64,000 bases of DNA from Eledone cirrhosa. Its lineage: Eukaryota. The position numbers were made by a program, and so were the translations under genes. Positions within the stretch are counted from its first letter, which is position 1. Each line of letters begins with the position of its first letter. Positions 34,531 through 47,211 of the stretch are shown piece by piece. The DNA is taken from assembly GCA_964016885.1 (NCBI GenBank), contig OZ024754.1:45880001-45944000 (forward strand), read 5' to 3'. The notes under the pieces were generated by a model, which did not search any database, was not told where the DNA came from, and saw only the letters and a list, made by a program, of their open reading frames with translations.

Positions 34531-35131
34531 GACACATACACACACACATATATAGAGGTGTGCGTGTGTGTATATCTATGTATGTATACATAGACACACA
34601 GACACACAGGCACGCACTCACACACACGTTTACGTTTTGAAAAGAAAAACATTAAATGGCAAAATAAGATAGGAGGAGGGGGAATTAAGAGGAGTTATAG
34701 TCGGTAATATACGATATAAACAAAGCTCTCGTATTTTGTGTGTAATAAATGTCTTCATAAAACTAGGAATTGCTAATTGAAATTTCTATTTAAAAAGACG
34801 AATAGATGTGGCTAACCAGATGATAAGATTAAGACGGTGTAGTGGTGTAAGAAACGAGACACTACTGACTATAGACAAGAATATCGTGGTCGTTCAGATA
34901 AAATGTTAGCAAAGAGCACGTTTTATCAGTACTAAATGTTTGTGTGGGCGTGTGAGTCTGTGTGAACGTGTGTGTGTGTCAGTGTGTGTGAACGTGTGTA
35001 CGTGTGTGTGTCTGTGTGCATGTGTGTGTACGTGTTTATGTGTGTGTGTATGTGTTTATGTGTGTGTCAGTGTGTGCGGGTGTGTATGTGTGGGAGGACC
35101 TATAGCACTAGAGAGTTTCTGGTGTTCTGTG

Positions 35132-35170
35132 ACCCACGTACCATTAACCCTAACCCTAACCCACGTACCA
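35132..35170 (+). repeat. Interstitial telomere-like (TAACCC)3 between 12-bp direct repeats
   Basis: GACCCACGTACCA-T-(TAACCC)3-ACGTACCA. The 12-mer ACCCACGTACCA lies at 35132-35143 and 35159-35170. Confidence 0.6.
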
Positions 35171-35504
35171 CTTCCCTTCTCGTTGATACCGGGCCGAAGT
35201 TGAACACACACACAATATATATCCTATGTGTTGCAATGGCTATTTCAATGCCCCACCCTCGCTATCTTCCGGGTTAATAATTTCTCCATTCTGTCCACTG
35301 GAACTAAGAGGTAGCTGGCACTTGGAGTTCAGCCCCCCCCCCCCCGAGATCCTTCCCCTTACACTGCTACTGGAATAGTTTTATATATTTATTGTATGAT
35401 TCAGTAGGTTTACTGAGGGAGGAACCAATAATAGCATTTCATGCTATAACAGTGTCTATATATTAAGAAGGGCAATGTGAATCCTCGTTTTATCCTTCAT
35501 CTAA

Positions 35505-35548
<44 letters not shown>

Positions 35549-36295
35549 TATATGCATAAATGCATGTGTGCGTGCCTATTTCTATAATCCCTATATATAT
35601 ATTTATATATATATATGTGTGTGTGTGTGTACGGGTGGTGTATGTATGTATATATGTATGCATAACAATATACAGCAAGTCTGTGAATTCTCTTTACTTG
35701 TTTATATATAATGTTTGCGAATATCTGTGTTTGTGTGTGTGTATATGTTAGTGTGTGTGTCTCAGTGCTTGTCTGCGTCTGTGTGTATATGTGTGTGTAT
35801 GTGTGTGTATATGTGTTAACGGGAATTTTCAATGTCTGTTGGCGCAACTATTATTTTGTAATTTACTTCTAATACTTTGAGTTCCATAACTCCACATAAC
35901 TCGTCTAAACCACATCTTAACTTGATTTTAACTAATTTATCAAATTGTTCCACTACGCCTTATTGCCAAAAGATGCTATTAAGTACTACATTCTACTAAT
36001 GTACCAGTTTCTCTGCTTTATAAATTGATTTGGTAATGTATTACAACGAATTGTATGTATTTTCATACGAAGAGGCGTTAATGCTGCCACTTGACCTGTT
36101 AGAAAAAACTGTCAAATGTACTTCTAATCACACACGGTTTTCTTATGAAACGAAGGATATGTTGGAATTGTGTGGTTGGAGTTAAATAATAAAAAATGGT
36201 GTTGCTCTCTCTGGAATGGTTTTGATCTTAGGTTAACTCACTCAGTGAGATAAGGGAAAATATTCTAATACTGTTACTGCTGCTACTGCTACTAT

Positions 36296-36356
<61 letters not shown>

Positions 36357-36534
36357 GTTGTTGTAGTGCCTCTCTACTCTACACGATTATAGAATGCGAC
36401 TTCATCAGGTGCTTATATAATCATAGGTGCAGTTATGCAATCATGAGGAAATGTCTCTGGTCATGTATTACCATGCAATTTTGATACATATACATACATA
36501 TATATGTGTGTAGCCCACCCTTGTGTGTGTGTGT

Positions 36535-36626
<92 letters not shown>

Positions 36627-36710
36627 TTACTTCAGAAATATCTCTATCGCTATCTCTTAATATTCATATATTTCTACATTCTTCCTCTCCTTCTCTCTTC
36701 TATATTTAAG

Positions 36711-36902
36711 GTGGATGGTATTGTATTAAACACAGGTCGAGACGTTACTTTGAATTTACTGGAATCAAAGTCCAATTGTATATCCATACTGACCGGTCCA
36801 ATATCCTATCGATATAGAGTGTCCCAACTGAAGATACATTTCGGAACCCTAGATTCTAGTGGATCAGAACATACCATTAGTGGTCAATATTTTACAGCTG
36901 AG
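36711..36902 (+). CDS. CA10: CARP/CA10-like exon B
   Basis: Pyrimidine tract with AAG acceptor and GTCAGT donor, 192 nt, phase 0-0. Reads VDGIVLNTGRDVTLNLLESKSNCISILTGPISYRYRVSQLKIHFGTLDSSGSEHTISGQYFTAE, with NTG, xxHFG, GSEHT and AE alpha-CA motifs. Confidence 0.92.
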
Positions 36903-37011
36903 GTCAGTACCTTCTTTTCTTACATATCTTCCCTCGTGTGTATGATATTCCTATTTGGTTCGATAACATACTGGAATTATACATACATACATAAATATAT
37001 ACATACATACA

Positions 37012-37615
37012 TGGTGGCTGCCAACTCGTTTTCGAGTACGGCCACTACTTTATATCCATGTAGGAGAACCCCTACCGATGCGCTGAACGAGTGTGACTTT
37101 TTAGTCCAGCCAGTGACTTGAAAACTCTGGTACAAACACTACACTTTTACACAATTACTGACACACAATTACTGACACATAGTGCTGGGCCCATTGTACC
37201 CTGTGATGACAAGTGCAGAGAGATCTCCAGATATAAAGCAATGCCTGTGTCGTGAAGCTTTTATAGTGAGCAAAGGCACTGCACAAGGCCAGTCCCACTC
37301 TCTTAACCAAGATGATATTTACCAAAAAGAAGAACAAGTCAACATCATTGGATACCATCAGGGTTGCAGATGTTATATCAGAGTTTTCCTTCTCCTAGAA
37401 TTCTGCCTTGACAAAGGCTAAGGGGTCATCGCTCCCGGTTATTTTGGATGGCCATTGACTCTTAAGAGCTCCTTTGCCCTTTGACAGGTTTTGTTTTTAG
37501 TCCTGCAGGTTGTGCAAAGTCACCCTCCTTACCAAGAAACCTTGGTGAGGTTGCCAGTTTAGTCGCCAACGACCCGACCATGAGACAGGTTGTACTGGGT
37601 ACATGTTACCAGTAG
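37012..37615. mobile_element. Non-coding RTE-related element inserted in a (CATA)n array
   Basis: A GC-richer 600-bp block flanked on both sides by (CATA)n. Contains GTTTTCCTTCTCCTAGA, reminiscent of RTE 5' regions. Confidence 0.4.
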
Positions 37616-37660
37616 CATACATACATACTCATAATGTAATGAGATTTAAGTAAATATTGG

Positions 37661-37876
37661 TTTCTTATATAGGCACAAGGCCAACAATTTTGGGGGGAGA
37701 GGAAAGTCGATTAAATCAACCCCAGTGTGTGACTGGTACTTTATTTTATCGACCCCGTAAGGATGAAAGGTAAAGTTAACCTCGGCAGGATTTGAGCTCA
37801 GATCATAAAGGGCCGCAACACTATGCTGCAAAGCATTGCATCCGACCCTCTACCGATACTGCCAATCCACAGACCT
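37661..37876 (-). mobile_element. Full-length tRNA-derived SINE (long variant) with 18-bp TSD
   Basis: TSD GATTTAA(G/C)TAAATATTGG at 37643-37660 and 37877-37894. Carries an extra G-rich/GTCGATTAAATC segment that the short variant lacks. Confidence 0.88.
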
Positions 37877-38094
37877 GATTTAACTAAATATTGGGAACTA
37901 ATTTGTCGAATGCTCTCTGTCTGCCACCCACCATTAATAATGATAATAGTTGTAACAACAACAACAATAACCTCCCAAACAACATAATCATTCAATTGAT
38001 AATAAGTGCAAAAAAAAATAATAAATTTCTAAATCGTTCTTTATATGTTTTCACTTAAGTCTGTTGTATTTTATATCGTTTTCTACCTCCACAG

Positions 38095-38190
38095 GTACAC
38101 ATCCTAGCTTACAACAGCGACCTCTACAACAACTTCACTCACGCTATTCATTCTCCGCATGGATTAGCAACGGTCGCCATTTTTGCTACA
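38095..38190 (+). CDS. CA10: CARP/CA10-like exon C
   Basis: CAG acceptor and GTGAGT donor, 96 nt, phase 0-0. Reads VHILAYNSDLYNNFTHAIHSPHGLATVAIFAT, continuing E-x-H into the YN..LY.N...A..SP.GL motif. Confidence 0.9.
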
Positions 38191-38775
38191 GTGAGTAAAA
38201 TCTCAACTATTTCAACTAAAACAAAACAAACAACGCAATTATTAACTTTAAACCAATGTCATCTCTATTTTTTTCTTCTTCTTAGTTACATACCCGCTAT
38301 TTTCTTTTTGATGTTTTTTGCTGTGTTATTTTTATTACTTCTTATTCTGATGTTGCTTTCGAAGTGCGTGTTTTCCGCTTGATTGCGATGAAGCGTGAGG
38401 CTGTTTTCTGATGCAAAACACAGCTAAATGCCTAATTAAGTAAACATTTGTTTTCTTTACTTATTTACATTGGTTATAGATAGTTAATTTATTTTATTTA
38501 TTACTTTAATTATTTATTAAGTTAACAATTTTTACCGTATTTCTATCTAAGTTTACGTGATTTCTTTTATATTATTATGTGGTTGGCAATTTATGTGATT
38601 TTCTCAACAGACATTTAGGGTCTCTTGGGGGTATGGGTGTGTACGGGGTGTGTGTTTGGACTGGAAGAAGGTATGAGTGCGTTTGTGTTGTGAAGAGACA
38701 TATATGTGTATATGTGTGTGTTTGTGTGTGGTAAAGAGACATATATGTGTATACGTGTGTGTTTGTGAAGGTAAG

Positions 38776-38911
<136 letters not shown>

Positions 38912-41143
38912 TTGTTTCTGTGTAGAGGAGACATCTATGTGTGTATGTATGTGTTTGTGTTTGGGCTGGAAGAAGGTATACGTGTGTGTTTGTGGTAAGG
39001 AGACATATATGTGTGTACGTGTGTGGGGAAGACATATATATGTGTGTGTTTCTGTGTGTGGAGATATATCTGTGTGTTCGTATGATTTTTGTATGGAATA
39101 GGTAAATACGTATGTATGTATAGGTATACGTGTGTGTGTGTATGGAAAGAAGGTATAGTATGTATATGTGTGTCTTGGGGGGTGTATGTGTGAGTGTGTG
39201 TGGAGATGTGGTATGTATGTGTGAATGTGTGCACAGGTATGTGTATGTGTGAGTCAGTGGAGGTGAAACGATATATATATGTATCGGTGGGAAGTAGGTA
39301 TATGTGTATGTCTGTATCTGTCTTTGTGGAGAGTGTATATATATATGTGTGTGTGTGTGTGTATGTATGTGTGCATTTATGTGTGGTCAGCAGGTATATG
39401 TTTGTGTGTCTTTATATATGGAGAGTAGATATATGTGTGTGTGTATGTGTGTGTATGTGTGTGTGTGTGTGTGTGTCTTTGAGGCTGTGTGTCTGTCTGT
39501 TCCTGTTCAATGCCATTATGTGAAACTACCATTCAGTTGGCTTTCCGTTTATCCGGCGTTGATAACCGCTAGAAAATTAGTAGCAATATTGTGATAAGGT
39601 TAATTGATCAACGAATTAATGCGTAACCCTGCTTCTTGGACCAAACTTGATAGAGATTATAATTGAAGATAAACAACGGCAGAAGCATGAAGAAGAAAGA
39701 AAACGACAACAACAACAACAATAACGATAACGATAACCATAACGATAACAATAACAACAACAACGATAACAATAACAACAACGTACATAATAACAACAAC
39801 GAAATTAATAATATAACAACTAAAATAATAACAATAACAACAACAAATATTAATAGTAACAATAACAACAAATATTATAACAACAAGAAAAATAATAACA
39901 ATAACTATGAAAACAATAAAAGTAACAATAATATCGAGGTAACGATAGCAACAAGAACAATATTAAGAATGGTAAGATGAAGACATTGATACTAACGTAA
40001 CCAATAGCGACATCAATATAACAACAACAACAATAGTGTAACAATGAGAATAATATCTAAATCACAACAAATTAAAACAACAGATTCAAGGTAAAGACAA
40101 CAATAATAGCAGCAACAAACACCAGCAACAAAAACTACAACATCAACAGCAACAACATTGTGTCCAGATATAGGCGAATAAATGAGCATTTTACTTTAAT
40201 TGCTAGAAATAACAGCCAAATCTCCAGATTGAATTATAGTAAAAGGTAGACTAATAAGAATAGTAGGAGAATTTGTGAGAAATGTTTTACCCGTCTCTGA
40301 AAGCCTTTGTATATTAGTCAACTTGTGAGAGGGAAAACTTGTTAAATAAAGTCATGACCAAAATTACAGTAGAACACTTTTAAGAAAGTTTGGAGTTGAA
40401 GAAGGAAGGAAAAGATTCACAGAGCTGCGATGAAACATTAACTTTTGGCAATAACTATTCAGAAGAGATTTATGAACAGAGCGATAAAAAGAAGAAATTA
40501 TTTCAGTTTCCAATTACTTATTCTGAGAGAAATTTAATACAAATTACCACTTCGAGGAAACGTGTGACAGTGCATAGGTGTAGACTCAAGTATGAAGCTG
40601 TCTATAGATGTGTGTGCGTTCGCAAGTATATTTTTTTGCATGTATATATATATATATATATATGTGTGTGTATGTGTGTGTGTGTCTGTGTGTGTGAATG
40701 TGTTTTTTGTAATTGCTTTTAAGAGAGGTACAATCATGTAACAGTTTAAACATATATACTTGTATATCTTATTGATATATAAACATATATATATATATAT
40801 ATATATAAATGTGTGTGTATATATGTGTGTGTGTTTATACGTGTGTTCTTCTGAAAAAGTATCGTTAATTATAACAATTATTGCATTATTATTATTATTA
40901 TTTTTATTATTATTATTATTACTATTACCACCACCACTACCACCACCATCTCCACCACCACCACCACCGCCACCATCATCACATTTACATGATTACCATA
41001 AGTGTGGGGATGGAAATGATGGTAATCATTAACATCTCTAACGTCTAAGACTTAGACAAGACAAAATGGCAAAGAGTAACTACTTGCCAGAGTGGGAGTA
41101 TATGAGAAGTTGTGAGGGGGAAAATAGTAAGAGCGAGAGTTTA

Positions 41144-41212
<69 letters not shown>

Positions 41213-41218
41213 TGCATA

Positions 41219-41328
<110 letters not shown>

Positions 41329-41364
41329 TATATATATGTGCATATACATACATACATACATACA

Positions 41365-41423
<59 letters not shown>

Positions 41424-41609
41424 ATACACATATAACACATATATATATATTCTTGTATATGAATATATATATATACAAATATATGTTTATATATATACAC
41501 ATATATATATATATGGCTGTGAGAGAGAGTGGAGGAAGAATGTAATTTGAGAGAGAGAGGAGGATAGAGAGAAAACGAATCAGGAATTATGTGTATGTGT
41601 ATGTGTATA

Positions 41610-41645
<36 letters not shown>

Positions 41646-41999
41646 TGAAAGTCAGTGGAATCGACTAGAAAACAAAATAGTCTATAAATATGATACAACA
41701 GTGTTCTTCCATTCTCTCGTTCTGTAGAAACTCAATATTATGGAACCATGTTTTGTGTATTAAAACTCAATATTGAAACCAAAGATGCTAATTGGGAACA
41801 GACAGATAAAAGAGAGCAAAGTATTAAAAAAGATTTAACAAAAATATTCTTCCTCAATGTAAATAATAATAATAATGTTTTGTAATTTAGACCCGGGGCC
41901 GGCAATTTTAGGAGCAGTGGAAAGTAGATTAAATTGAAAAGTATTTCTTGACTGGTACTTCCTATCATTATCAATACCAGCGTGAGGGCTGGTATTGAT

Positions 42000-42183
42000 A
42001 ATTCTTTCTACTTTTGGCGCAAAGCCAGCAATTACCTAGTACATTACTGGTACTTTATTTTACCGACCCCATAAGGATGAAAGGCAAAGGTAACCTCGAC
42101 GGGATTTGAACTCAGACCGTAAAGGGACGTAACTATGTTTGAAAGCATGGCGTCCAACCCTCTACCGATACTGCCAATTCCCC
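42000..42183 (-). mobile_element. tRNA-derived SINE
   Basis: Same family, with A and B boxes on the minus strand. Confidence 0.85.
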
Positions 42184-42199
42184 CAATAATGATTACCAG

Positions 42200-42266
42200 T
42201 CCATAAAATAAAGTACCAGTAATGCACTGGTTATTTGCTGGCCTTGTGCCAAAAGTAGAAACAATT
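42200..42266 (+). mobile_element. SINE 3' fragment
   Basis: ATAAAATAAAGTACCAGTAATGCACTGG...GGCCTTGTGCCAAAAGTAGAAACAATT. Confidence 0.75.
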
Positions 42267-42317
42267 AATACCAATTATTAATATGAAATTATTAATACCA
42301 ACAATTATTAATATGAA

Positions 42318-42540
42318 AGCGGTAAGTGGATTGGCATAAATCGGTAGAGCGTCGGACACTATGCTTCGCAGCATAGAGTTACAGCCCTTTGCGTTCTGAT
42401 TTCAAATCCCGTCGAGGTTAGCTTTGTATTTCATCCTTACGGGATCGATAAAATAAAGTGGCAATAATGCACTGGGGGTCGATATGATTGACCTCCCCTC
42501 CCTCAAATTGCTGGCCTTGTGCCTATAGTAGAGACCAATG
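42318..42540 (+). mobile_element. tRNA-derived SINE (long variant)
   Basis: A-box-like TGGCATAAATCGG, B-box-like TTCAAATCCC, core and 3' end. Confidence 0.85.
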
Positions 42541-42555
42541 TTATCAGCACCAACA

Positions 42556-42716
42556 TTATCTATCTATCTATCTATTTATCTATTTAACTATCTAGCTATC
42601 TATCTACCTATCTCTATCTATCTATTTAACTATCTAGCGATCAAGCTTTCTATCTCTCTATCTCTCTATCTATCTATCTATCTATTTAACTATCTAGCTC
42701 TCTAGCTATCTATCTC

Positions 42717-42753
<37 letters not shown>

Positions 42754-43265
42754 TTAACTATCTATCTATCAGTTATACATTGCATGTCGAGTTTAACGGC
42801 TTAACAGAGAAATTCTACATCATGTGTCGAGAGTAGGTTTAACCAAATGGACTGTTCACCAGATATATATCTTCTCTTGGATGTACGTGTCACCAAATAA
42901 ATTTGACATCAGATATACACCATTTCTAGTGTGTAACCTTTTAACAAATAGACTGCACATCTTGTGTTGTGAGATATGTGTTAACAGATAGACTGAGGAT
43001 CAGATACACATCTTGTGTGGTGTGTCTTAAGAGATTGACTACACATCAGATGTACATAGTGTGTGGAGTATAATGTCTTAAGAGATAGACTACACATCAT
43101 ATATATATCGTGTATGGAGTGTATGTCTTAACGTATAGACTACATATCGTGTCTGGTGTGTAACGTCTTCAGAGAAAGACTACACACCAGACATATATCG
43201 AGTGTCACCAAATGTATACCACACCGTCTGTCGACAGGAAGTCATACCAAATAGACTTCACGTCA
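42556..43265. repeat. (ATCT)n array followed by a degenerate minisatellite (TTAA..GATAGACTACACATC units)
   Basis: Repeated TATTTAACTATCTA blocks, then recurring ATAGACTACAC/ATCAGATATACA motifs. Confidence 0.6.
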
Positions 43266-43600
43266 TTTACCTATAGCTATTTTTCTCAATTTATTTACCT
43301 AAATATATTTTTATTATTAACTGTAAAATTTTGTGTCCTACCTTAATTCGATGTTTGGGACCCAAACTAACCACATGAATCAAATTATGCGTGACTTTAC
43401 TGCCAAGATATCCAATGATATCGATGGACTTGTTGCTCTATTGTGTCTCAAATGTGTGCTTATAACATCTAATATCATTTTATACTAAAATTCTTTGCAG
43501 ATAATTCATTTATATTATATTATATTATACAGATATTTTAAATTATTTTTCTTTGTGTTTTATTACGTAAGTTTTAGCGAATATATCCTTTTCGTTTCAG

Positions 43601-43667
43601 ATTGGCGATAAACCAAACAATGAATTTGAAGTGCTTTCTAAAGAATTCCAAAATATTTTATTTAAAG
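43601..43667 (+). CDS. CA10: CARP/CA10-like exon D
   Basis: TTTCAG acceptor and GTAAGT donor, 67 nt, phase 0-1. Reads IGDKPNNEFEVLSKEFQNILFK(G). The phase fits both neighbouring exons. Confidence 0.85.
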
Positions 43668-44244
43668 GTAAGTAGTACTGAACTGTGACACAACCTATTC
43701 TATTAGTCAGTAAACAACGCAATGTTTTGTGTCAATGACATATCTGTGTTTTCAAACCCATTGTTCCATTTCAATGTATCGATCCGGTCAGATTTATTGA
43801 AAAGCCAAACGGAAAACTAAAATTAGTAATATTTATGTTTTTCTACGAAAGCAATTGTGGTATAAATCAAGTGAAATAGCTTCAATCAAAAATCGTCTGC
43901 TCATTGGCACTCGCCCTACACTGCCTATTTTAAATGATTTGTTACGGAGACAAAACTCTAATAATTTGATGGGAAGGAAAGAGTCAATTAAAATCTTCTC
44001 AGTACTTGACTGCTACTTATTTTATCGACCCTGGAAAATGAATGATGAACTCAGAACTCAGAGGGACGGAATTAACTACTGCAGGAATTATTCAACCAAT
44101 CTATCACCCACATGCTGATAATTCCTATAAATTGAAAGAGTTTTGTGCAGGGTACATAAAACCTAATTATAACTAACAACACATTCGACACATCATTCCC
44201 CAAATCAAATGTGTAGGCTCTAGACATGCTAAAAGCATTAAAAT

Positions 44245-44398
44245 GACCCAGTGTATTACTGGTACTTTATTTTATCGACTCCGTAAGAATGAAAGGCAAA
44301 GCTAACCTCGGTGGGCACAAGGCCAGCAATTTGAGGAGGAGGGGCGGAAAGTCGATTAAATCGACCCCAGTGCATTACTGGTACTTTATTTTATTGAT
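44245..44398 (-). mobile_element. Two tandem SINE fragments just upstream of exon E
   Basis: The segment CCCAGTG(T/C)ATTACTGGTACTTTATTTTAT occurs twice. Confidence 0.7.
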
Positions 44399-44475
44399 CA
44401 GTGGTTAATGAATGTAATAAACAATTTCATTTGACAACTGTTTCTTACAAATCTGCTACGATCTCTTTGTGACAG

Positions 44476-44630
44476 GTCAAGAAAGGAATATATCCGAAAT
44501 ATTACTAGCTGACCTGCTGCCCCAAACGGAACTATATATGACCTACGAAGGTTCGCTCACACAACCTGGTTGCCAAGAAACCGTCACGTGGATATTGCTA
44601 AACAAACCCTTATACGTCACAAAAGAGCAG
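44476..44630 (+). CDS. CA10: CARP/CA10-like exon E
   Basis: CAG acceptor and GTAAAC donor, 155 nt, phase 1-0. Reads (G)QERNISEILLADLLPQTELYMTYEGSLTQPGCQETVTWILLNKPLYVTKEQ, with the canonical YxGSLTxPxCxExVxW motif. The expected downstream NxRP exon was not found in the window. Confidence 0.93.
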
Positions 44631-44847
44631 GTAAACTATTCAAATAGTTATATTTTATTAAACTAAGTATATCTCTCTTACTTTCACAATCGTTATTTCC
44701 TTTTTTTTTTCCACTTGCTTTTTATGTTTCTCTCTCTATCTCTCACCTCTTTCATTCATGCAACCAGGCTCTCAGTCACGTTTCTATAAGTTCCTCTCTC
44801 ATTTACTCCAAACCCATCGCCTTTTCTTTCTATTTAGATGTATATAC

Positions 44848-44970
<123 letters not shown>

Positions 44971-45449
44971 CGGTTGACATATTTCTAATCGACGAAATGG
45001 ACATTTGTCGTTTATTTCCAAATACCTGGAGTAGAGGAAAAAGTTTTTTTAGAAATGTTTTAGTGCAATCACGGGCAAACTGTTTACTTTTGTCTTTCTG
45101 AATGGCACGCCTAATTTCAAAACTGCCTTGAATTGTTTTAGTAGTGCAGCCCGTCATATGATAAGACACATCCTAGGCGGCCCACGGCTCGTGCTTGTTT
45201 TAGTGTTGAGTCATGTTCTATATTTACACTCGCTACAAAACAGCCGACTCAGAATTTGCTGGAAGAGTTCATAGCCACAGTTGGGATATCAGTAGCTATT
45301 ATAACACAGAATATATTTTCATCCGAAAAACAGATAAATTATTTTCAAGTGAAAACAACCATAAATTGTTTTCTACCGACAAAAAAAAAATAATAATAAT
45401 AGAGTTGAAGAAAGCTGCAGACAATTGAAAACAAATCAGACAGATGGCT

Positions 45450-45900
45450 CTTCAAGCACAATCATTTGGACAGTAGAAGGCACAAAATAGAGAAAAATCA
45501 TTAATTTGAATGAGGAGAATAGTATCAATGGTAATGTCAACAACATCATTCCTGATGTTTGTTCGTCGAAAAAAGCGACTCAACTTGAGCGAAATCGAGA
45601 AAAGAAAGAAGTGGATGAGATAAGTCACAAATGATAGTCTGCGAATGTCCGAGGAATGTTTCACAAAAAGGTGGAGAGGTAAATGTGACATACTTCCGTT
45701 TTTCAAAACTCAGAAGAGACTTCCAGTCATCGACGAAGGCAGGACATATGGAAGCCTGTGGCTGTTTTTTTTTTTTGGGGGGGGGGGGGGGGGGGTATTT
45801 TCTTAACATCGAAAAAGCAGCGAGGAGGAAAGATTGGTTGATTCACCAGGTGAGACATGTCCTACTCAGAACACTGCCAGAATATTGGCTCAAATCTCAA
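45450..45900 (+). pseudogene. Highly degenerate mariner-like transposase fragment
   Basis: Frameshifted pieces resemble WVP (CPRNVSQK), the first catalytic Asp region (VIDE) and RRKDW..PGE. Confidence 0.35.
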
Positions 45901-46962
45901 TATTAGCCTATTATCGCCTTAGAACGAAAATAGAATGCTGAGCTTCGATGTGACCTGCAGAATGTGATCGGTTTAATGAGCCCAAGCTGTAATCATCGAG
46001 GGAATGGAGAAGAGATCAATAAGCCATATCATGTAAGGAAGAATTCCAGGTTCTATTAATTAAAAAATAACTAGAGGGTCTACTACTGTGAAGAAAAGCA
46101 GCTAAAGACAAACGACTATTATAATCATTATCATCATCATCATCATTATCATCACCATCATCATCATTATCATCATTATCATCATCATCATCATTATTAT
46201 TGTTTGCCTTTCTCAAGGAATGTCAGATATCTTCTATAATAATGATTTGATTTTGCTAGTTTCTTCGTTTCACCCATAATCTGAATACGTTATGTCAGAA
46301 AATGAAATTGAGACTAGAAATGCATTTAAAGAAAATAGATCATATAAGTACAATTTAACATAAAGAACTGAAGAAATAGCGATGTTATACTCTTGTGAAA
46401 AAGCCACCACTTTTATTTTACAGCTTATCTGTTTCCATTGTGAGGGAACTTTCCTGTTTAAATTCTCCTAGTGTTCTAAAATCTATCTGATAGAAATTTC
46501 CCATAAATCATCCCTCGTGGATCTTGTAATAAAGAAAGGTTTTATATATGGTATGAGTGTTGCAACGACCTTACGGGTCTCGTGTTATGGTATTTGATAT
46601 AGATAAAATCTCAAGAGAATTTAACGTGCAATTTCATGTCGCTAAAAATGAAAATCTAACGTGGAATATACCGAAGGGTTTTCTTAAATGAAAATTGCAT
46701 TTTCTTGATCATAGATAAAATACAATATGGATGCATGTATAAATGTTTCTTTTCATTCTTTTTGCTGATATACAATAGAGAGCAAAGTTAAATGGTTTCC
46801 GATAACTTGTTCAAAGTTCAAAATTCTGTCAGGGTTTCGTTTGGCTACCAACCCAAATAAATTGATTTAATGACGCATCAGTAATTTACTGTCTTTAAAT
46901 CATTTTATTTGCTAACTCCTCTCCAACATAATTTGTCATGTACAGTAATAGCTAATCATTAA

Positions 46963-46998
<36 letters not shown>

Positions 46999-47052
46999 GA
47001 ATGCCATGGTTGACGGAGGCTCGGCTCTGTAAGGTATAGTAATTTTTAACCG

Positions 47053-47162
47053 TTAAAACAATTGTAAATTGTTTAAAACTTGAACCAAATTGTTGATAAA
47101 GACACCCTCCTCCTCGTGAGAGGGGTCTTTCTGTCCGTTATTTGGCCCTTCGGGGTTAAATA
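47053..47162 (+). promoter_or_regulatory. Structured LINE 5'UTR with three hairpins
   Basis: AAACAATT-gta-AATTGTTT; AAAGAC.CCCTC...GAGGG.GTCTTT; and TATTTGGCCC-TTCG-GGGTTAAATA with a C(UUCG)G tetraloop. Confidence 0.45.
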
Positions 47163-47211
47163 GCCAGTTATTGGGGTTTTGTACCCAAAATTTCATTTTA
47201 AACAAAAAAAC

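Noticed and set aside
36504-37121. 205-aa ORF as a single-exon gene
   Set aside because: Only 36711-36902 is a CA-like exon. The rest is intronic (GT)n and read-through.
42780-43265. CRISPR-like regularly spaced repeats (also 1755-1900)
   Set aside because: These are degenerate tandem minisatellites without unique spacers, in eukaryotic DNA with no cas genes.
46414-46475. Candidate next CARP exon after TTTTATTTACAG
   Set aside because: The phase-0 frame reaches a stop after 15 codons and shows no CA similarity.
47098-47135. HDV-like ribozyme at the LINE 5' end
   Set aside because: The CCTCCTCGTG loop sits in a simple hairpin, and the P1, P1.1 and P2 pseudoknot pairings could not be assigned.
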